Below are positions 20,881 through 29,292 of a DNA stretch of 64,000 nucleotides, one piece after another. The stretch is from positions 768,001 through 832,000 of the forward strand of contig CBDCYI010000009.1 of NCBI GenBank assembly GCA_965224085.1. Direction: 5' to 3'. This DNA comes from Candidatus Marinacidobacterales bacterium (GTDB taxonomy: Bacteria > Acidobacteriota > Vicinamibacteria > Marinacidobacterales > SMYC01). Under the pieces are notes generated by a model. That model saw only the letters and a list, made by a program, of their open reading frames with translations. It had not been told where the DNA came from and searched no databases. Position numbers and translations under genes: made by a program. The stretch's first letter is position 1. Every line of letters begins with the position of its first letter.

Positions 20881-22069
20881 CGCCGTCGTTCGGATCGTGC
20901 GGCGGTGTATGCGCAAATCTCACCGAGAGCGCTATGAAGACACGCGCGACTTGTTACGGGATCTCAAGACCGTTGCCTTGCACAACCGCGAGCTTCCGCC
21001 TATTCCTCCCGTGCCTCAGATCCCGGAGCCCGATGTTCCGTCCTTTGGGGGCGCCATCCACGGTCGGGTGGGGCGAGACGTGCGAAACGCGCTCTCGGGA
21101 GCGGAGCGCGAGATCCGCGCGTCTTTCGGCGAGACCGAGTTCTATCTTCGTTCGCGCGACGGCGCGACCAAATCGTTATCGGAAAGAAGGCTCCGGCGCA
21201 AACTACGTCGAAACCGCTTCAGCGGGGATGAAATGGTGCGGCGAGGCGATGAGGGTGAGTGGGTGCCTATCTACGAGAGTGATCTTTTCCGCCAAGAAGT
21301 CCCCTATAGTGGGGATCCGGCCATTTGGGTGGGCAAGCGCAAGATCGCCGATTTCATGCAGCACGCCTGTACTTTTGTCACGTTCGGGGTCGCATGGTAC
21401 TTTTTCCTTGGCGAAGTGCCCGTGTGGATGGGCTTTTGGGGCATTGGGCTCGCCTTTCACGCCATGAGCACGCTCCCGGCAGCGCTGCCGTTTCTCCGGC
21501 GAAAGCGAGAGCTCGCCGCAAAAACCACGCCTGCGCTGGCCGAGGTACCCGCGGCTTTGCCCGACTCGCTCTTGTCCGCCTCTTTTCTCGAGGAGGTCGA
21601 GCGCGTCAAAGCGCTCTTGTCGCGTCGCGACGGCGAGGAGACGGAGCCTCTTGTGGCGGAAGTGGACGCGATCGTGAGCGGGGTGCGCGATCTCGCATTG
21701 AGGCATCGCGACCTTTCCGAGCAGACCTCGTCCGAGGAGCGCGACGCTCTTCAGGGGACACTCGAGGAGGCGGAGCGCAATCTCGTGGCGGCGGACAACG
21801 CGAATGACCGGCGACTCTTCCAGCGTCAGCTCGAAGTCATTCGGCAAAGAAGCGAGGCCATCCACAAAGCTTTGGGTGTGCTCGGTCGTCTCAAGGTTCG
21901 TCAGGACGTTGCCGAGCAGCAGATCAAGCAGCTTCGGCTGGATTTGTCACGCGGGGAAGCGTCGAGCGCGAGTGTGCCGAAGCTCACGTCGAGACTTTCG
22001 GATATCCGCCACGAAGTCGACGCGACCGAGCGCGTGGATGAAGCGATCGCTCGAGAGCTCTTGAGCTAA
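20881..22069 (+). pseudogene. C-terminal part of a probable Ser/Thr kinase with two TM helices and a coiled coil, fused in frame to the helicase tail
   Basis: IVRRCMRKSHRERYEDTRDLLRDLK resembles kinase subdomain XI; WMGFWGIGLAFH 2TM-like motif. Confidence 0.55.
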
Positions 22070-22108
22070 CACGCGCGCACTTTACCGTCGCGTCGAACAT
22101 CGAGACGC

Positions 22109-23005
22109 TCACATGATGTTGAAGTCAACCGCAATGTCGCCGACGACGTTGACAGGCTCGCCTTTGAGCTTCGCCGGGACGAAGACCCACTGACGCACGC
22201 AGGTGATCGCCTGATCGTTCAGACCGCCTCCCAATCCCTGAACGACGCGCACGTCGCCGATGCGTCCTTCCTTGAGAATGACGACCTCGAGCACGACCGT
22301 GCCTTCGATCTTCTTGGAGAGCGCGTCTTGCGTGTATATGGGCCGCACTTGTTTGCGAAGGATGGGAGGCGTGATGCCGGAGCCCATGCGATAAGCGCCG
22401 CCGCCGAAGCCCCCGCCAGTGCCGGGTCCAAGCCCTGACCCGTCACCCTCACCGATGCCGCCTCCGTTACCCGCGCCCGCGTTCGCGGCGAGCTCGTCCT
22501 CGCCTTCGAGGTCGCCGCGGGTGTTCAGGTCGTCCGGCGCCATGGCGACGATCGGCGCTTTGATTTCAGGCGCGTCCTCTTCCTCTGGCTCCTCTTCTTC
22601 TTCCTCTTCCTCTTCTTCGGCAACTTCAGGATCATCGAAAACGAGCTTCTCTTCGGGAACCTCTACTTTCACTGCCACCGTCGCTGCGTCTTGACCCTCA
22701 ATCTGCTGAAGTGACAAAGGCTCCTCGCTGCCGTCGCCGCCGCCGCCTCCTCCGCCGGGGCCGGGCTCCATGAAGAAGACGAGGCTCGGCGGGGTCCACT
22801 TTTCTTCCAAGGGAGGGCCTTCGGGGAAGAGAATGGAAATCATGAGGCCGCCAAAGGCGATGCTTATATAGCCGAGGGTGGTGTAGACCTGGGTCCGACG
22901 CTTGCGGTCGCGATTGTAGAAGGGTGGCTCGATCTCGGTCCCGGAGAACGCGCTGACGATGTCGTCATTTCTGAAGACCTCTTTGAGCCACGCAAAAAAC
23001 TTCAT
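22109..23005 (-). CDS. TonB family energy transducer
   Basis: N-terminal TM helix, Glu/Gly-rich linker, TonB_C domain (PIYTQDA...IEGTVVLEVVI...QWVFVPA). Confidence 0.85.
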   Translation of the reverse strand: MKFFAWLKEVFRNDDIVSAFSGTEIEPPFYNRDRKRRTQVYTTLGYISIAFGGLMISILFPEGPPLEEKWTPPSLVFFMEPGPGGGGGGGDGSEEPLSLQQIEGQDAATVAVKVEVPEEKLVFDDPEVAEEEEEEEEEEPEEEDAPEIKAPIVAMAPDDLNTRGDLEGEDELAANAGAGNGGGIGEGDGSGLGPGTGGGFGGGAYRMGSGITPPILRKQVRPIYTQDALSKKIEGTVVLEVVILKEGRIGDVRVVQGLGGGLNDQAITCVRQWVFVPAKLKGEPVNVVGDIAVDFNIM

Positions 23006-23086
23006 CTTGTCCCAATTTTCCTCTGAAGTCGGCGGGGATGCAAGAGAACCCGTCACAGTACCGTTTGATAAACTCCGATTGCAACC

Positions 23087-25189
23087 ATGAGCCTCCCGAT
23101 CCGGCTTTGTGTGGAAAACTCCATCGCTCGGATCACTTTTGATCTTCCAGGTGAAAAGGTCAACAAGCTCTCGCGAGCCGTGATGCAACGGCTCGGCGAA
23201 GTGCTGGACGAGCTCGAGGGGCGCACCGATGTTCGCGGCGCGGTGCTCGATTCCGCTAAGAGCGGTGTCTTCAACGCGGGAGCCGATGTCAGCGAGATCG
23301 GCTCGGTGACGGATGTCGATTCGGCGGCCGAGGCTGTGCTCGCGGGCCAGGCTCTCATGAACCGCATCGAAGGGCTCCCGTTTCCCGTCGTCGCCGCAAT
23401 CGGTGGCGTGTGCCTCGGAGGCGGGACGGAGCTAGCACTCGCATGCGACGGCCGGGTGGGCTCGGATCACCCGCGCTTTCAGCTTGGCCTTCCCGAAGTC
23501 AATCTTGGAATCCTGCCCGTTTGGGGCGGTGCGACCCGGCTCCCGCGCCTCATCGGGCTTCCGAAAGCGCTCGATTTCATCCTCCGCGGGCGCTCGGTGG
23601 ACGCCAAGCGGGCGGAGCAGCTCGGGATCCTCGACCGCGCGGTCAGACACGGCGAGCTCGAGAAGCGCTCCCTCGAGCTTCTCCACTCCCTCATCGAAGG
23701 CGAGCGTCCCCGCCGCCGAAAGCTGCCTTTTAGAGAGCGCCTTTTGTCCCGAAATCTGCTTGGCCGCGCCCTATTGTTCTCGCAGGCGAAAAAGCGTGTG
23801 CTCGCGCAAACAAAAGGCCACTATCCGGCGCCCCTCGCCATCCTCGACGTGCTCCGGCGGGGGCGGGTGTCCAAGCAACGTTCGCTCGAGCTCGAAGTTC
23901 TGCATGCGAAAACGTTGCTCCCAGGCGCCGTTTCGAAGAATCTCGTCCATTTATTCTTCTTGAACGAAAACGCGAAAAAAGATCCCGGCGTCACCGACGA
24001 CTCCATCGAGCCGAGGCCCGTTGCGAGCGCCGCCCTGCTCGGCGCGGGCACGATGGGCGGCGGTATTGCTCGGATCGTGGCGTCGCGCGATATCCCGGTC
24101 CGGCTGAAGGATATTAGCCCCGAGGCGCTCGGGGCGGGGCTTTCCGCCGCGCGCTCGATTTTCGAGCGCCGGGTGAAACGGCGACGGATAACGCGCTGGG
24201 AGCTCGAGCGCAAGATGGCGCTCATTACCACGACGCTCGATTTCAGCGGGTTTAAGAACGTGGATGTCGTCATTGAGGCCATCGTCGAGGACATCGAGAT
24301 CAAGAAGACCGTTTTTCGCGAGCTCGAGCCAGTGGTTTCTGAAAGCTGTTTGATAGCGACCAACACCTCCACCCTTTCCGTCAGCGCCATGCAGAGCGTT
24401 CTCGAGAGGCCCGAGCGGATGGCGGGGTTTCACTTCTTCAACCCGGTCGACCGCATGCCGCTCATCGAAGTGATTCGGGGCGAGAAGACCGACGACAGGG
24501 CGACGGCGTCGCTCATAGCACTCGCCAAGAAACTCGGAAAGACCCCGGTCGTCGTTCAGGATGGCCCCGGGTTCCTCGTAAACCGCATTCTCGGCCCCTA
24601 TCTGAATGAGGCGGGCCGTCTTTTCGAGGAATGCGGCGACATCGCTGCCATCGATAGCACTTTCGTCGCCTTTGGTATGCCGATGGGCCCCCTCCGTTTG
24701 CTCGATGAGGTCGGGCTCGACGTGGCCGATAAAGCCGGCAAAGTGTTGACAGCCGCTTTCGGTGACCGCGCCTCGCCGTCGAAAGTCGTATCGAAGCTCG
24801 TCGCCGAGGGTCGGCTTGGGAAGAAAACTGGCCGCGGTCTTTACCGCCATGGCGGCAAAAACGAGTCTCCCGATGAAACGGTCCTCGCGATCGTCGGCGT
24901 GGATCGCCGCCCGGCCGTTGCCGCCCAAAACTGCGTCGAGCGCGCGCTCGGGCTCATGATTGCGGAGGCCGCACGTTGCCTCGATGAGGGCATCGTGCGC
25001 AGCTCGGGAGAGCTCGACCTCGCCATGGTGATGGGCACGGGCTTTCCGCCGTTTCGCGGTGGACTGCTTCGCTACGCCGACCACTACGGCGTGGCGCGCA
25101 CCGTTGAAGATCTTGCGAAGTGGAGCGAGCAACTCGGGAGCCGCTTCGATCCCCCGGCATCGCTCCGGGACCGCAAAGCGTTCTACTAG
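23087..25189 (+). CDS. fadJ: Fatty-acid oxidation multifunctional enzyme (enoyl-CoA hydratase/3-hydroxyacyl-CoA dehydrogenase), FadJ/FadB-like
   Basis: GGGTELALAC, LPEVNLG, GAGTMGGGIA, HFFNPV, GFLVNRIL, GFPPFRGG. Confidence 0.9.
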   Translation: MSLPIRLCVENSIARITFDLPGEKVNKLSRAVMQRLGEVLDELEGRTDVRGAVLDSAKSGVFNAGADVSEIGSVTDVDSAAEAVLAGQALMNRIEGLPFPVVAAIGGVCLGGGTELALACDGRVGSDHPRFQLGLPEVNLGILPVWGGATRLPRLIGLPKALDFILRGRSVDAKRAEQLGILDRAVRHGELEKRSLELLHSLIEGERPRRRKLPFRERLLSRNLLGRALLFSQAKKRVLAQTKGHYPAPLAILDVLRRGRVSKQRSLELEVLHAKTLLPGAVSKNLVHLFFLNENAKKDPGVTDDSIEPRPVASAALLGAGTMGGGIARIVASRDIPVRLKDISPEALGAGLSAARSIFERRVKRRRITRWELERKMALITTTLDFSGFKNVDVVIEAIVEDIEIKKTVFRELEPVVSESCLIATNTSTLSVSAMQSVLERPERMAGFHFFNPVDRMPLIEVIRGEKTDDRATASLIALAKKLGKTPVVVQDGPGFLVNRILGPYLNEAGRLFEECGDIAAIDSTFVAFGMPMGPLRLLDEVGLDVADKAGKVLTAAFGDRASPSKVVSKLVAEGRLGKKTGRGLYRHGGKNESPDETVLAIVGVDRRPAVAAQNCVERALGLMIAEAARCLDEGIVRSSGELDLAMVMGTGFPPFRGGLLRYADHYGVARTVEDLAKWSEQLGSRFDPPASLRDRKAFY

Positions 25190-25382
25190 AGTACAGAAAA
25201 AAACGGACCTAATCCACACCTCTCTATGCCTCTGTTGCGCGAGCTGCGCTCGGCAATAAGTGTCATCGGTTCGCTACAGCGTTTCCATTTTTGGGCAGCC
25301 CGAGGTGAGTTTTGTAGGGTAATCACCACGCGGGAGCGGGGGGGTTTTTCCACAAGCTATTCAAGCCATTGCAAAACAAGAA

Positions 25383-25922
25383 GTGAACAACCACCGCCTA
25401 GAAGGCGGTGGCTTCAAGGGCTGTCAATTGGAAATTGACTGTCGTCGTGAAGAGGCTCGCCATCCTGGGAGTCTATGTACTCCTTTACCATCTCGTCCGT
25501 TATGCTTCCTGAACTCACCGCCAGATATCCTCGGGCCCAGAAGTGCCGGCCCCAAAACTTCTTCCTCAGGTGAGCAAACTCCTGAAGGAGTACTCGGGAG
25601 CTTATTCCTTTTAGCCACTGCACGATCGTACTCAGGTCCTGGTGTGGTCGGTAGGATACGAACACGTGGACGTGGTCGCGTGCAACCTTACCCGAGATTA
25701 TGTGCAGCTCATGTTCCATCGCGATCTGACGAATCAGATCGCGCACACGAACCGCTACTGGACCGATCAAAACCTTTTTACGATATTTCGGTATCCAAAC
25801 GATGTGCGCTTTTAGGTCCGTTTTCGTGTGCGCTCCGTGCCTGTAGTGACGCACGCGACCACAATACCACGATCTTCTCTTCGCCTAAAGGCGAGGGGTT
25901 TCGACCATCCCCGGAAGAGACA
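25383..25922 (-). mobile_element. IS200/IS605-family tnpA-only element, complete (540 bp)
   Basis: Boundaries defined by identity with the copy at 9609; TTAG upstream, TCAC end, subterminal hairpins. Confidence 0.9.
25414..25854 (-). CDS. tnpA: Y1 HUH transposase TnpA
   Basis: HIVWIPKYRK, DHVH, LKGISS, FWARGY, VKEYI. Confidence 0.93.
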   Translation of the reverse strand: MRHYRHGAHTKTDLKAHIVWIPKYRKKVLIGPVAVRVRDLIRQIAMEHELHIISGKVARDHVHVFVSYRPHQDLSTIVQWLKGISSRVLLQEFAHLRKKFWGRHFWARGYLAVSSGSITDEMVKEYIDSQDGEPLHDDSQFPIDSP

Positions 25923-25996
25923 CTAACGAAAATGGTCGCTCGGGGCGGCCTCTGGCATGTGAGTTGCATCCTTGGTCATCGTTGCGGAGGTTGACC

Positions 25997-26209
25997 TTGG
26001 CAGAAGCGATTCCCAAAGCGATGTGGTCCGAAGCGGAAGAATACAGCGAGCGCCTGTTTTATTGGGAGTTCCTGGTGAACAACTGGCTCATTCCCGGCCC
26101 TGCCATTCTCAAGGAGAACGACGCGCTCGACTCCGTCACGGAGCCGCGTGCGCCGAGCCTGCACGACTACGGCTGGCTTCTGGAGCCAGACTCCCTTCTC
26201 GAACAGTAA
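25997..26209 (+). CDS. Possible small acidic hypothetical protein
   Basis: GGAGG upstream of TTG; overlaps the 3' end of the convergent gene by 74 bp. Confidence 0.35.
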   Translation: MAEAIPKAMWSEAEEYSERLFYWEFLVNNWLIPGPAILKENDALDSVTEPRAPSLHDYGWLLEPDSLLEQ

Positions 26210-27830
26210 TCGCGTAGAGACGATCCGAGGACTCCTCGGCGACTAGCTCGAGGAGGCCGGAATCCTGCGCTTTTTGCACCTGTCGCTTCATGCGCGGCCC
26301 GAGCCTCGCTTCGTGGGCCAACACGTAGCGGACGCCCTTACTCTCCATGGCGCGTAGGCCTCGCAAGAAGTCACGGCGCATGAGCTGGCGATAGGCGAGC
26401 CCATAGCTCGGCGGCGCGAAGCCGCTATAGCCGTTCACAATTTGGCGGCGGTGGAAGATCGATCGATAGACGAAGATCGCGTTGTCCTGGAACCGCTCGG
26501 GCGGCGGCAGCGGCAGCTCGACCATAGCACCAGGCTCGGGCAGCGTTTCCACGTGACGATAGATCGCAGGGTAGGACGGCGCATCCATTCGGAGCTCGAG
26601 CGGCACAGCGAAACATTCGAGGGCGGCGACGAGTACGAGAGCCCATCGTAAGGCGGGCCGTTTCATCCATGTCTGGCCTGTCTGGCCTGTCTGGCCTGTC
26701 TGGCCCTTCAGGCGCGTCAGGCCGATGGCGGCGAGTAGTGCTACGGCGAGCAAGAACAGAACACCCGCGCGCGACGGCGCGCGCAGTGCCCGATAGGGTG
26801 CTGCAACGTTGTACAGAAACGTGAAAAGGCCCAGCGACGGGCCGAGGGACAGCGCCACGCCAAGAAAACCTACCGCCACCCAGCACCATTTGCGCTCGCG
26901 CTCGCGCGCGGCCGTCAGAAGCGCAGTGGCCGCGAGCGCTAGGGCGATGAATCCGGGGAACAGGGGCTCGGACGCTTTTGGAAGAAAAGCGTGGAGCCAC
27001 GAGTAGCTCGACAGATATTCGGGAAGCCCAGCGGAGAACTCGGTCGCCGCTTGCAGCGAGCGCAGCCGTCCCGACTGAAGTTTGTCCAGATAGGGCAGGA
27101 CGAGAGGTATCACGAGCACGATCGCGAGCACACCGCCGACAAGAAGCCGTCCGAAAGCGCTCCGTCGCTTTTCTTTGGGCACCCAGTAGAGCTCGGTAAG
27201 CGCCACGATCGGGACGGCGCTCGCGACGTAGACCGTGTAGTAAACGCTCGAGCCGAACGTCAAAAACGCCGTGACCGCAAAGCCGAAGGTGGCGTAGGCG
27301 CGTCCCGTTCCGGCGACGATGAAGCGTAGGAAGACGAAGCTGAGCGGGATGCCGAAAGCGAGCTGAAGCTGCAAGTGCGGCAGATGAGCAAAGCGATACG
27401 GCGCGAAGGCGAACAATAGCCCCGCGAGATAGGCTGCGAGACGATCGTGCGTGAGCTCGAAGGCGAGCGCGAAGGTTGCGAGGCCGGAAAAAACGAACGC
27501 TGCGAGGAGTGCTATGTTCACGAGAAGAATCGGGTTGTCAGAGACGAGCGCCACAGGGGCCGCGATGAGAGACGCGGTCAGAAGGTTCTCGGAATAAGCG
27601 AGGGCGCCTTTCTCGGGAAAAAAGATGTTCGCGTCGAATAGATGAAGCGGATCGTTTCGTAACTGCTCGAGATTCCAGGAGACGATGAAGCCGTTCAAGA
27701 GGGCATCAGGACTGTCGAGGCGATTCGCTTGTCCCAGCGCGGTCGCGAGCGGGAAAGTAAAGACGAGGCTCGCGAGAGTAAAAATGCCAGCGGCGGCGAG
27801 AAGTTCCCGGGCGCTCGGTGTCTTGGGCAC
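26136..27830 (-). CDS. Multi-TM membrane protein, YfhO/GT-C-like
   Basis: LFDANIFFP, FAFAPYRFAHLPHLQL, LSLGP, LRAPSR, VNGYSGF. Confidence 0.75.
   Translation of the reverse strand: MPKTPSARELLAAAGIFTLASLVFTFPLATALGQANRLDSPDALLNGFIVSWNLEQLRNDPLHLFDANIFFPEKGALAYSENLLTASLIAAPVALVSDNPILLVNIALLAAFVFSGLATFALAFELTHDRLAAYLAGLLFAFAPYRFAHLPHLQLQLAFGIPLSFVFLRFIVAGTGRAYATFGFAVTAFLTFGSSVYYTVYVASAVPIVALTELYWVPKEKRRSAFGRLLVGGVLAIVLVIPLVLPYLDKLQSGRLRSLQAATEFSAGLPEYLSSYSWLHAFLPKASEPLFPGFIALALAATALLTAARERERKWCWVAVGFLGVALSLGPSLGLFTFLYNVAAPYRALRAPSRAGVLFLLAVALLAAIGLTRLKGQTGQTGQTGQTWMKRPALRWALVLVAALECFAVPLELRMDAPSYPAIYRHVETLPEPGAMVELPLPPPERFQDNAIFVYRSIFHRRQIVNGYSGFAPPSYGLAYRQLMRRDFLRGLRAMESKGVRYVLAHEARLGPRMKRQVQKAQDSGLLELVAEESSDRLYAITVREGSLAPEASRSRAGSAHAAP
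26670..26705. repeat. 9-bp tandem repeat (TGTCTGGCC) encoding GQT repeats
   Basis: Read directly from the sequence. Confidence 0.9.
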
Positions 27831-27898
27831 GGCAGATTATCGCAAAACCGCGAGCATTCACGTATCAAATCTGCTATCTTCTTGCGACGCAGTAAGAA

Positions 27899-28777
27899 AT
27901 GAGGCGAGTTCCTATGAAGCTGCCCGTAGCGGTGGTTCTTCTCGTGGGTTTGTTTGGGCTCGAAGCCGGACGATATGCGCAGGGCTCGCAGGAGTGGATC
28001 AAGTTCGAGACGATCGACCAATCCGCCCTCCCCATTGTGCGATCGCGCTTGAACGGGATGGGGCCCCATCGGCTCGTCATCGACGTGAGCTTCAAAGAGC
28101 TTGCTCTCGACACGGTCATCGTCGAGGGTTCGGGCATGAAGCTTACGAGCCGTGGCGAGAAGGAAGAGATCGATTATTACGGCAAGAAAGAGAAAGTGCC
28201 GGTTGCCTATCTCCAAACACTAGAGCTCGGCGGCGCCAAATTCCAGCTCGTCCGCACACTACTGATTGAAGGCGAGGATGCTACAGGGATGGGCGGCCTT
28301 CGAAGCTACGGCCGCATCGGTCGCGACGTGCTGGAGCCTCTTCGCTTGACGGTGCACTACCCGCGGCGCCTATTGTTGCTCGAGCCTTCCCCGAGCGAAG
28401 TCCCACCAGGCGGGGTGACCTACACGTCGGCCGGCCGGTTTCTTCTGATCCCCGTTCGTCTCGAGCATGAAGGCGCCATGGAGGAGGTCAACCTCGTGTT
28501 GGACGCCGGCACGTCGAGCACGGTGCTCGATCGGCGATGGGCGGCGGATCGAGGCTTCGCCGAGAAAAAAGCGTCTCAGACGGTCATCCCAACACTTGGG
28601 GTGGGAGCATTCTCCACCCAAAGCATGCCGGTGCTCCTCGGCGAAATGCACGAGCTTCCCTATGACGGCCAGCCCGTGGGCGTCATTGGGGCGGATCTTT
28701 TGAATCAAATCTCGGTTTCGTACGACTTCGCGCGTGATTTGGTGTGGCTCAAGAGGGTGGAGAAAGACGCCTCGTGA
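27899..28777 (+). CDS. Secreted two-domain retropepsin-like aspartyl protease
   Basis: Signal peptide; LVIDVS and LVLDAG motifs; GRIGRDVL and GVIGADLL. Confidence 0.7.
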   Translation: MRRVPMKLPVAVVLLVGLFGLEAGRYAQGSQEWIKFETIDQSALPIVRSRLNGMGPHRLVIDVSFKELALDTVIVEGSGMKLTSRGEKEEIDYYGKKEKVPVAYLQTLELGGAKFQLVRTLLIEGEDATGMGGLRSYGRIGRDVLEPLRLTVHYPRRLLLLEPSPSEVPPGGVTYTSAGRFLLIPVRLEHEGAMEEVNLVLDAGTSSTVLDRRWAADRGFAEKKASQTVIPTLGVGAFSTQSMPVLLGEMHELPYDGQPVGVIGADLLNQISVSYDFARDLVWLKRVEKDAS

Positions 28778-29292
28778 TCCATCCGTATCGTGGGGAAACA
28801 CCAAACATCCATGAAACGGCTTACATCGCGGACGGCGTCCATGTCATCGGGGACGTCGTCGTCGGCGCCCATACAAGCATCTGGTTCGGCTCGGTGCTTC
28901 GAGGCGACGTGAACTACATTCGCATCGGCGCTCGCACGAACATCCAAGATTTGACGGCCATCCACGTCAACGAAGGGACGAGCCCGACGATCGTGGAAGA
29001 CGATGTCACGGTCGGACATCGGGCCATCCTTCACGGCTGCTGGGTGCGCTCGGGCTCGCTCATTGGTATGGGGGCTATCGTACTCGATGATGTGGTGGTC
29101 GAAGAGCAAGCCTTCGTGGCCGCGGGCGCCGTTGTCAGCCCGGGTACGGTCGTACCTGCGGGAAAGCTCGTGCGCGGCGTTCCAGCCAGAATTGTGCGAG
29201 ACTTGTCGGAAGAGGAGCTCGACCACCTTCGCTATTCGGCAAAGCACTACTTCGATTTGAAAGACGAATATCGAACGCGGAGACAATCTTGA
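28774..29292 (+). CDS. Gamma carbonic anhydrase family protein (YrdA-like)
   Basis: VLRGDVNYIRIG, NIQD, VTVGHRAILHGC hexapeptide repeats. Confidence 0.92.
   Translation: MIHPYRGETPNIHETAYIADGVHVIGDVVVGAHTSIWFGSVLRGDVNYIRIGARTNIQDLTAIHVNEGTSPTIVEDDVTVGHRAILHGCWVRSGSLIGMGAIVLDDVVVEEQAFVAAGAVVSPGTVVPAGKLVRGVPARIVRDLSEEELDHLRYSAKHYFDLKDEYRTRRQS

Noticed and set aside
22585-22622. TCT/TCC trinucleotide run
   Set aside because: Encodes the ordinary poly-Glu linker of TonB
25205-25360. DnaA-box-like 9-mers (TAATCCACA, TTTTCCACA) as oriC
   Set aside because: Only two imperfect boxes, no unwinding element and no dnaA context
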